A stretch of 64,000 nucleotides of DNA from Piromyces finnis finn (lineage: Eukaryota; Fungi; Neocallimastigomycota), in the NCBI GenBank assembly GCA_002104945.1, contig MCFH01000004.1, positions 248,001 through 312,000 of the forward strand, in the 5' to 3' direction. Shown here piece after piece: positions 1 to 10,922 of the stretch (position 1 is its first letter; every line of letters starts with the position of its first letter). The notes beneath the pieces are model-generated. The model did no database searches and was not told the origin of the DNA. It saw only the letters and a program-made list of their open reading frames with translations. Made by a program: the position numbers and the translations under genes.

Positions 1-2374
1 ACCTGGTAAAAAATCACATAAATCAGATTCATATTGTGTTATTAGAGTAGATAATACACCAAGAGGTAAAACTAGATCTTCACGTCATTCAAAATGGAAT
101 GAAGATTTCAATATATTAATAGATAATGCTTCAGATGTAGAAATTACTGTTTACGAAAAAGGTGGCACAGTATTAGCTATGTCATGGTTCAAGTTTGGTG
201 AATTGATTGAAGAATTACAAACTAAAGGATTATATAGAGGTAGTTCCTCAGAGAATTTGAGTAGTCCAACACAACAACCACAAGCCCATGTTGATCATAA
301 CGGTATTGATGCTTGGTTAGATATGGAACCAGCTGGTCAAATATTCTTGCATCTTAATGTCGTTCCAGAAACAAGAAATAAGCGCCGTAAGGACGGTGTT
401 ATCAGAACAAAACCTGTTAAAAAGTTTATTTACAAGCGTGGTCACAAATTCTCACCAATTCACTTCTATCAACCAATGAAATGTGCTGTTTGTGGTGATT
501 TCTTTATGACAAATAATGGCTATCAATGTGCTGAATGTAAATATGCTTGTCATAAAAAATGTTATGGAAAAGTTTTTGTTAAATGTATCACAAAAACAGA
601 TCAAGAAACTGACGATGATGATATCGCCTCCGCTCAAATAATGAAGCATAAGATTCCACATCGTTTTGAATATATTGTTAACTTTGGTGTTAATTGGTGT
701 TGTCATTGTGGTTATTTATTACCATTAGGTAAACAAAAGGTTACCCGTTGTTCAGAATGTTCTCTTATGTGCCATAAGCACTGTATGCCAATGGTTCCAA
801 ACTTCTGTGGTATGAGTAGAGCTTTAGCCTCTACTTTAATGGAAGCTATTGAGCATGCCGAACGTGAAAAGAAAAGAAAGTTAGCTGAAGCTGCTAACTC
901 AGCACAAACACAAAGTCAACCAAATAGTGCAACTAGCTCGCCTATTGGATCCATGACCATTCCAATTGATAAAAGAAAAATTCAATCTGGCAGTGAACCA
1001 AACTTACTAGGAAAATCTTATCCTGGACCAGTCACTACTATACCAAATCAACAAAAATCCAACGTGACTTCCCCAAAATCTGCGGGTTCTCGTCCAGTTT
1101 CTACTGCTGGTTATGTTCCAGGTATGGAAGGTGCAGTTGGTTTACCATTCAGTAAAGTTTCCCTTGAAGATTTCAACTTCTTAGCTGTTATTGGTAAAGG
1201 TAACTTTGGTAAGGTCATGTTAGCAGAAGAAAAAGCAACCAAAAACTTATATGCTATTAAGGTTTTAAAGAAAGAATTTATAATAGAAAATGATGAAATA
1301 GAAAGTACTAAATCTGAAAAAAGAGTCTTTATGGCTGCTAATCAAGAACGCCATCCATTCTTGGTTAACTTACACTCTTGTTTCCAAACCAGTACTAGAA
1401 TTTACTTTGTTATGGAATATATTAGTGGTGGTGATCTTATGTGGCATATTCAACATCAACAATTTAATGAAAAACGTGCTAAATTCTATGCATGTGAAGT
1501 TTTATTAGCTCTTGAATACTTCCATAAAAATAATATTGTTTATCGGTAAGTCTCCAATACGAAAATTAAAAGAAATATTAATATAATACCAATTTAAAAA
1601 AAATTTTTTAATTAACAATTAATATTATGATTTAATTTTTATTAATTAAATGAATCCAGTGATCTTAAGCTTGATAATATTCTTTTAACCTTAGACGGAC
1701 ATATTAAGATTACCGATTATGGTTTATGTAAAGAAAACATGTTCCACGGTGCTACTACCAATACTTTCTGTGGTACTCCAGAATTTATGGCTCCAGAAAT
1801 TCTTTTAGAAAAACCATATGGTAGAGCTGTCGATTGGTGGGCCTTTGGTGTTCTTATTTATGAAATGCTTTTAGGTCAATCACCATTCAGAGGAGATGAT
1901 GAAGAAGAAATCTTTGAAGCCATTTTAGAAGATGATATTATCTATCCAATAAATATGAGTAGAGATTCAGTTTCTATATTACAAAAATTATTAACTAAAG
2001 ATCCAAATAAAAGATTAGGTGCTGGACCAAACGATGCTGAAGATATTAAGAAACATCCATTCTTTAAGCATGTTAAATGGGAAAAAATCTTAAATAAAGA
2101 GATTAATCCACCCTACAAGCCAAAGATTGTAAGTTTAATTATTTTATTTTTATTAAATATAAATAGTAATATCATATTAATCACTGTTATTATTATTATT
2201 ATTATTAAACAGAACTCAAGAACTGATGTATCAAACTTTGATGAAGAATTTACAAGAGAAATTCCAGTATTAACACCATGTAATTGTGTCTTAAACGAAG
2301 CAGATCAAGAAGAATTCAAAAACTTTAGTTATATAAGTAATTGGGCTTTAGGTCAAAGAGCTAATGCAGTATAA
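1..2374 (+). CDS. PKC1: Protein kinase C (fungal Pkc1-type), 5'-partial; exons <1-1545, 1660-2128, 2213-2374
   Basis: The frame is open from base 2 (C2-like [18 protein letters not shown]...). It contains two C1 fingers ([34 protein letters not shown]), [18 protein letters not shown]|DLKLDN across intron 1546-1659 (GTAAGT..CAG), [15 protein letters not shown], and an AGC tail with NFDEEF and FKNFSY. Second intron 2129-2212. Confidence 0.95.
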
Positions 2375-2515
2375 ATTTAATAATATCTTTTTCATGCTTT
2401 TCTCAGTTAATTCAAAAATATATATCTTAAAAAAAAAAAGTAATATTATAAAATAATAATAAACAATTTACTTTTTCATCCAATCTTTTAATTAATTCCT
2501 ATTACAAAAAAAAAA

Positions 2516-2562
<47 letters not shown>

Positions 2563-4659
2563 AAAAAAAAAGTATAACAAAAGTTAAAATTAATTTTTTA
2601 CAAACACACTAATATATATAATATAATAGTAGTATAATTATTTTTCATTTTTTAAAATATAAATGTTTGAAACAGAAAAATATTTTTTTATAAATTAATA
2701 GATAATAATAATGTACAATATAAAACAACAACAACAATAATAATAATGAAGAAAATAAATCTAATTAAAAAAATATATATATATGTTTTACTACTAATTA
2801 TCATTAAATATCATTATATATTAAAATAATAATCCTAATAAAAACAAATAAAAATATATTTATTTTTTTATTATTATATTTTTAGTGTATAAAAGCTAAA
2901 CCTTTTTTTCTATTAAAAATTATGAATAATTCATTTAATTACTGAGATTATTCTTTTATATCTATATAATTCTTATTATTAAACTTGTTTTAATCATCAA
3001 ATTATATAATGAACTCTAAACAGTTTCATTCAGTTTCATTCATCAAAAATATATATCATACCAAAATACATATAATAAAATTAAAAATTTATTTATTCCT
3101 ATCCTATATAAAAAATAAAAATAAGAAATAAAAGGTTTTTACTTATACTATTAAATTTTTTAATATGTTTTTAAGTTATATGAAATAAGAACATTCTACA
3201 TAATTAAAAAATGAAGTAGTTATTTAGACATGAAAATAGAATATTTTTTATCAAAGGGTGTATAAGAAATAGAATTATTATTGTATCTATTATTTAAGAC
3301 TTTATAATATCAAAGTAACACTAAAAAGAAAAATTGTGTCTTTTTTAAATGTAGTACAAAAAATGATAAACAATTTTAATTAAAATTTTAATGACTGAAT
3401 TAATAAAAGATCAAACTTTATTTAATAATAAAATATAAATTATTTTGTTAATCTTCATTAAGGTCAAAAAGAGTAGAAACTTTAATTATTATAAATTGAA
3501 AAGTTTTATTAATATAAATTGAATAATAAACATGCATTATACATTTTTTAAATATAAAAATATTAAAAAAAATTTTCTTGACTTTTTTATTACTAATTCA
3601 TATATAATAAGATTTTAATATTTAAAATGGATGAGCAATAAATAAATAAATTAAGACTAAAAAAAATTTTTTTCATTGTAAAAATAGCACCACCACCACC
3701 ACCACAAATTTTTACTTTGTATCCTTCTTCAATTGAAATTTCATTAAAAATGGATGCTTGTCATAGAAACATTTTAAAGTCAATGTTATTAAAAAAAGTC
3801 GATAATAAACCTAATAGTGTAAAATAATAAAGAAAGAATTTAAATTTATCTTTTATTTTTTATTTTTCACTATAATCGTATTTTCAATATTTTTAAAAAA
3901 AGATAAATTAGATTAAAATAATTAAGAAGCATTCTAATTTCCTACAATAAAAAGAAAGCATTAGATAATTTGGTAAGAATAAAAAGAAAGAATTAACACC
4001 TCCATATGAGTAAAAGCCTATTTGAACAATAGTTGATCAATGAAAATAATTCTTAATATAAAATAATTAAATTAAAAAGGATTTTTCATTATGATATAAA
4101 AATTTTAATTTAATTTATTATATTAAATTTCAAAAAAAAATATTTATTAAATGTCACCATTTTTTATCATTCATTTAATTATTCATTCATTATTTTAAAA
4201 GAATATCAACTTTATTTAATATATTTTTATTATAGAATTTATTTTTTTATATTAAAAATCCTATATTAATATAATTTATTTATTGGATTTTTAAAAAAAT
4301 TATTTTATAATATAATTAATTTATTATAATAATATAAAATAATATATGTATTGTTATTGATATTAAAATAATAATAAATAAAGTTTACATTTAAAATTCA
4401 AAAAAAATTTAAATAAATAACCGTAGAAAAGACTTTAAATAAAACATTTTCAAATAAAAAAAAATAAAAAAAATATATATAAAAATTTACACTAAAAAAA
4501 AAAATAGAATTTTAATCATTAAATTCAATTTTTTTTTTTTTATCTATTTAGTTTTTATATATTTTTAGTAAAATTTATTGCTGGATAATAAAAAAATATT
4601 TGTACAAATTTAAAGGGAAACAAAAAAAAAATTAATAATTATAATAAAAGAAAATCAAC

Positions 4660-7001
4660 ATGAAAAGCATTTTTGTATTATCAACTTTAACTGTTTTATT
4701 AAACCATTCAGTTTTATCACAAAGTTGTTCATTTGAGAGCATAGGTTACAGTTGCTGTAAATTAAATTGTGATGTTATCTACACTGATGAATCTGGTACA
4801 TAAAATATATAATTTATATATAGATATATATATTTTTGAATAAATGAATGTGAATATAAAGATAATAATAATAAAAAAAAAAATGTGGAATATTAGAAAA
4901 AAAAATGAATTCATATAAGAATAGTAACAGTAATTAATAATTTTCACATTTAATTATTTTCAGAATTTCATATTTAAACTAATATCAAATTATATATAAT
5001 TTTTTATACATTTTTTAATTCGATAAATTATTTTATAATCTCTTAAAACTAATAATTTACTTTTAAAACTTTTATTTTTTATATATAGGTGATTGGAGTG
5101 TTGAAAACGATGAATGGTGTGGTATTGACGAAAATTGTGGTAAAACACAAGCTGGTGACGATGACTGTTGGTCATTACCAGGTAATTTGAATATAATTAA
5201 TCGAAATTTATAAATATAAGATTAAATTTTAATAATAAAATAATTATATAAAAATTATTTTTTATAATAATAAAAGATTACCAATGCTGTGCTGATGGTA
5301 CTGAAGTAATTTATACTGACGAATCTGGAGATTGGGGTGTTATTAATGATGAATGGTAAATCTAAATTAAAATATTTATTGTTTAATTTCATTCTTAAAT
5401 ATATTATTTATTACTTTTAAATTTTAATTATATTATATATATAATAAATAAATATATAAATATTAAAATATTTATATTATTAAAAATAAATCTATTAAAC
5501 ATATAATTAATTTTTAAAAAAAAAAAAAAAAAAAATATTGTTCCTTATTAAATATATATAAAGGTGTGGTATTAAGAAAACTGAAGAACCAGAACTTCCA
5601 ATTATTACCAAGACTAAGAGTACTACTGTATCTAAAACTGCCACTAAAACTTCAGAAGCTGGTGCCACTACAGCTGATTCTGGAGGTAGATTCCTTATTC
5701 CAACTACAGCTGGTCAAGCTGTTCCAACATATGAACCAATTGAATGTACTCCTCCAGATGTCTTCTCTTATGGACAATGTTGTCATGGACCAGATCTTAA
5801 AGCTTATGCTCAATGTGGTGGTCTTGGTTATGAAGGTTCAACCTGTTGTCAAGCTGGTACTATCTGTACTGTAGTTAATGAACATTACTCTCATTGTGCA
5901 CCAGATTTAGAAGCTCCAATTCGTCCAGTTATGGATATCGATAAAGGTATTCATGGTGGACCATGGTGTAAACCACCAAATTGTGTTATTACTGCTAACT
6001 ATACTGGTTTCCGTTGGGGTTATGATCCAGTTCTTGATAAAGGTTGTGAAATTCCAGAATATGAATGTTATGATATTATTAACAAAACTTGGGGTCCACA
6101 AGAATATCCAGTTGGTACCGAAGAAGGTGTTACTACTCGTTACTACGATTGTTGTAAGCCATCTTGTTCATGGCCAGGAAAAGCTGATGTTTTCCATCCA
6201 GTAAGACATTGTGCTGTTGATGGTACTACTTTAATTGAAGATCAAGAAGGTAATTAAATAATAATAATTAAAAAAATAAGAATAAATAATAAAAATAACA
6301 ATAAAATAGAATAGCAATAGTGATAGTGATGGTGATAGAAATTATTACAACAATAAAAATTAGAATAAAAATAGAATAAAAATAATAATAGGAATAATAA
6401 CAAAAAAAATTGAAATATACATTATTAATAATGTATCAACTAATAATATAATATATAAAAATAATATATAAAACTAATAGCTGCCTCTGCCTGTCAAGCT
6501 GATGTTGTTGGTACTGCTCATATGTGTGAAAATCAACAACCATGGGCTATTAGTGATGCTCTTTCTTATGGTTTTGCCGCTGCTGCTTTACCAGGTGGTG
6601 AATCTAATTCTTGCTGTAAATGTTACGCTTTAACTTTCATGGATCCACCAATTCGTGGTAAACAATTAGTTGTTCAAGTTACTAACACTGGTGCTGATGT
6701 TGGTTCTAATCAATTTGATCTTCAAATTCCAGGTGGTGGTGTTGGTATTTTCGATGCTTGTACTAATATGTACGGTTTACCAGCTGGTTCAAATGGTTGG
6801 GGTAAGCAATATGGTGGTATTACTTCTATTGATGATTGTGAATCCTTCCCAGAATCATTAAAGGAAGGTTGTAAATGGAGATTCAATTGGTTATTAGGTG
6901 CCGATAACCCAAGAATGACATTTATTGAAGTTGATTGCCCAAAAGAACTTACTGATATCACTGGTTGTATCAGAAAAGATGCTAATATTAAAGAAGATTA
7001 A
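4660..7001 (+). CDS. Secreted modular GH45 endoglucanase: signal peptide, 2 fungal dockerins (CBM10), T/S linker, CBM1, CBM10-like module, GH45; exons 4660-4795, 5089-5181, 5277-5355, 5564-6249, 6481-7001 (504 aa)
   Basis: All introns are GT-AG and phase-compatible; exon sum is 1515 nt. Dockerin motifs GYSCC..[22 protein letters not shown] and YQCC..[20 protein letters not shown]. CBM1 YAQCGGLGYEGSTCCQAGTICTVVNEHYSHC. GH45 motifs TTRYYDCCKPSCSW and GSNQFDLQIPGGGVG. Confidence 0.93.
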
Positions 7002-8699
7002 AGAAGATTAAAAAATGATGAATGAAAAAAAAATAATAAATTAAAAAAATATATTTCAATAAAATATATATAAGCATCATTCTTCATATATATATATATA
7101 TATATATCATTAAGTAAATTTATTTAATTTATATATATATATACATATATATTTCTTTCTATTTTATTATCTAACTATCAATTCCCATTGTACAAAACAA
7201 TAACAATGAATTATTTTATAAATTAAAAAAGATTATAAAAAATATAAACATTAAAAAAAAAAAAATGTAAAATATAATACGCACACTTAATAAACATAAA
7301 AACAAAAAATAATTAAATAAAAGTAAAAATAACAATAAAAATTTTTTAAAAATTTATATTGAAACTTGTAACTATAAATATTAATAATTATAATTGATGG
7401 ATTTGAAAATAATAAATATTGAAATTCAAATTTATTTATTTCAATTTCCTATCCATACTTAAAACTGTACAAGAATAATTATCTTAAGGGAAAATCAACT
7501 TTTAAACATTAACAAAAACTTATTAATAATATTATTGAACATTACTATAAATATGATTAAAAAATGTTTAGTAATTTCCTACAAAAAAAAACCTATTATA
7601 ATTAAGTTTAATTTTTCAATGATGTGTTTTGATAAATATAAAAAATATTGCTGATGAAATATGAAATAAAAATATTCTTTTTTTTTTTATTTATTTATTT
7701 ATTTATTGTTAGTATTATAAATTATTATATTTATTAAAGTATATGATGTTATGTATTTAACTTTAAAATTTCTGATCATATTTTTATATTTATGGAATAT
7801 TATGCTAAACATTATCTCTAAAAAAAAAAAATAAATTCAGGGTTTTTAACATACTCTTTGATTAATAGATCTATAGATTATTTATCCTTTTTCTAGAATT
7901 TATCTTATTCTCTAAATAGGTATTGACATTTTTTATTAAGGATAATTCGTATAAATATAAAAAAATGTATATAATTATGTTTTTCAAAATTTTTACAATA
8001 TTATTTTCTAGAAATTCTATTTAAAATTCAGTATTTTAAATTTAATGGTTATATTAAAAGATTATTTATATTATTTAAATTTTTATCACTTTAACCCTTT
8101 AAATTTTTATTATTTTATCTACAAATATTTAGTATTTTATTATTATTATTATTATTAAATAATAATAAATATGGAGATAAAAGTAAGTATATATATATCT
8201 TTTAATAATAAAATATGAATATTATAAATTTCAAAAAACTATTAATAACATATTTAGAAGTTGAAAAGAAAAAAAAATCTACCAATTAGTGGAAGAAAAT
8301 CAAGGTTTAACTAAAAAAATAATTATGAAAATAAAAAATTACTGAAAGCTTTTATTAATAATAACAATTCTATTATTTATTCTACAATAGATTTTAATTT
8401 TATTAAAAGGGGTTTTAAAAAAATAATATACATATAACACTACTATCTAGTTCATTATTTTTACATTCATATATGGTGAAAATAAATAAGAATATTGATT
8501 TTTCTATTAAAAATAAATGTCAAGAAAATACTTTCTCTTACTAATTAAATTAAATAATCAAGTTTTAACTTTAATTTTAAAATTAACCTTTGATTATAAT
8601 TATAAAGACTTCGAAACTAGTACAGTACTAAGTTTAATACATTAAGTGTTATTTCACAAGCTAATGTATTAAATGAATAACTGAAAAAAAGAGAAAGAT

Positions 8700-8917
8700 A
8701 TGATTAATGATACATATATTAACAATGAAAATGCATTAATTATTTCTAATAACCTACTACTTCACCAAGATATTTTGGGTAATACAGTTCTTCATTATGC
8801 ACTGAAATTTAAGAGATAAATATAAATTTATATGCTAAAAAAAAAAAAAAAAAGACAGGTTACAATATAAAAAATAACGAAAATTTAATACCATCCATGT
8901 GCATATTAAAAATTTAA
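8700..8917 (+). pseudogene. Decayed ankyrin-repeat gene fragment
   Basis: Fragments INNENALII..., QDILGNTVLHYALK (codons start at 8766) and YNIKNNENLIPSM match the ankyrin consensus (D..G.T.LH.A; NIKN..G.TPL). They are broken by stops and a poly-A run. Confidence 0.6.
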
Positions 8918-10758
8918 AACAAAGAAATTGTTTCCATTTATGTCTTATGTCTAAATCTAAAAAAAGAAATTGAAAGATCAAAATATAATTTTTCGAAAAT
9001 TACTTATAAAAAAAATAAAGATAATTTCAAGTATATTTTCCCTAAAACGACAATGATAAAGAAATGATAAAGAACAAGTATTTAAAAATTTTAATCAAAA
9101 TTTTTATCCCATAAATATGAAAAAAAAAAAAAAAAAAAAAAAAAGAACTATAAAGTTTTATTTGATAAAAATCCAAATATTATTAAAATAAAATATCATT
9201 AAAATTATAACAACTTTATTTAAGAATCTTTTCATATGAATTTATATATAATATTTTTTATTTCTTTATTTTAATATATTAACTATTCAGTTTTCTCATA
9301 TTTTCTTTTCCATATATCTAATACTATACATATTGTATTATAAATTTACATAAATTTATAACAAAAATTTATTTATTTTTATTTCAATAATGAAAAGAAA
9401 TCCTTATGAAGTTCTTTGTACCGACAAATCTTTATTTTGAAGATAAACTTTAGTGTTGTCGTAAGAAGAATATTTATAATAATTTGAAGGTGAAACAACA
9501 CTCATTTTAATTTTTCATTGTCATTACTTATATTTAAAGCAACCTTGTTATTTGAATAATATAATCTATTTATTTAAATATAATCTTTTTATTATTTATT
9601 AATAAATAGTGTAACATTTAAATTATTAAATAATTGTTATACAATTTATAAAAGGATTAGATATTATTCATAAAATATTTAGACTATTATATTTTTCTAT
9701 GAATCTTGTATCGTTGATGATGCGTTGATAGATATATTTCTGAATAACATAATATTTTTAATAAATAACAAATTCTAGGATTTAGATGAAACAATAAATT
9801 TAAAATAAAATACGTTTTATAATTAACAAATAAATCTCTTTAAAACTCGAAAATAAACTCTTTTATTATATTTAAATTATCTCTTTATTATATTTTATAA
9901 CTTATTTATTATCTGATTTTTATGAAGAAGAATTTTATCTTCCTTTTATACATTTTCATTTATTACATGTATTTATTTTTAACTATTAAATATTATTATT
10001 ACTATTGTTACTATTTACTAAAATGAAAAGAATAAATTAAAATTATGTCTTAGTATTATAAAATATTATAGAATATTACTTATTTGATTTTCTTATTCTT
10101 TCAAAATGTTTAAATTTAGAAAAATTATTATAAATTATCATTCATAATCATTAAATGTATAATACCTTTAATAAAATAATTAAAATTTAAAATTAAAATA
10201 ATATTAAAATAAAATTAAAATAAAAGTATCAAATATCCTAAATACTCGTTTTATACAGAAACATAAAAGAGTTCTATATTTTATCTTTAAAATTATTATT
10301 ATTGTTCTATTTCCAGGTTTTAGGTTTGTTACTTTTAGTAATAATCCTCAATTCAATTATTAGTTTATAAATATAATTTTAAAAGAATTTCTAAAGAATA
10401 CTTGGATAAAACACTAATTTAATGTATACCATTTTATTTAAGTTTATTCATTTTTATTTATTATTTTATTATTTTAATACATTAATACACTATTTAATTA
10501 AGTCGTTTTATTTAGTAATTTATTTATATTTATTTCTATTAATTAAGTCATTTTATTCAGAACTTATTATTATTTAATAAAGAGAATATTATTTAAAAGG
10601 GTTATATTTTTCATAGAATTATTATTCGTTTATTTTAAAGGGTTACTACCATTTATTTTATTAACTGTTAGTATGGGTTAAGTTGTACTTTAACGGTCAG
10701 TTTCAATTAGGTTTTTGTATGAGTAGCATATCGCTTAAGCAGGTCAGTGAATGAGTAT

Positions 10759-10832
10759 GGTATAAGCTGTTAAAGCGGATTTACGAAATTATAAATATTA
10801 AGAGGTCATTGGTTCGATTCGGAGCAATGCCT
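10759..10832 (+). pseudogene. Degenerate tRNA-like sequence, isotype undetermined
   Basis: Length 74 nt. GGTAT/ATGCC acceptor-like pairing, D-loop-like GTTAAAGCG, and GAGGTCATTGGTTCGATTC with a B-box/T-loop. The T-stem and anticodon stem do not pair properly. Confidence 0.4.
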
Positions 10833-10850
10833 ACTTGTTCATTAAAAAGT

Positions 10851-10922
10851 GGTTCTATAGTGTAGTGGCTAGCACGTTGGACTCTGAATCCAACGACCCG
10901 AGTTCGAATCTCGGTAGAACCT
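10851..10922 (+). tRNA. tRNA-Gln, anticodon CTG
   Basis: Full cloverleaf: acceptor GGTTCTA/TAGAACC, D arm, anticodon stem TTGGA/TCCAA with loop CT-CTG-AA, T stem CCGAG/CTCGG with TTCGAAT. No intron. Confidence 0.97.

Noticed and set aside
452-706. Antisense or alternate-frame ORFs overlapping real genes (e.g. 452-706, 5566-5874, 6722-6961, 17054-17338, 21245-21445, 33585-33899, 43446-43790)
   Set aside because: They are shadows of codon-biased coding strands with no independent motifs.
10775-10783. GCGGATTTA, identical to the start of yeast tRNA-Phe
   Set aside because: No matching acceptor 3' strand or cloverleaf follows. A 9-mer coincidence.
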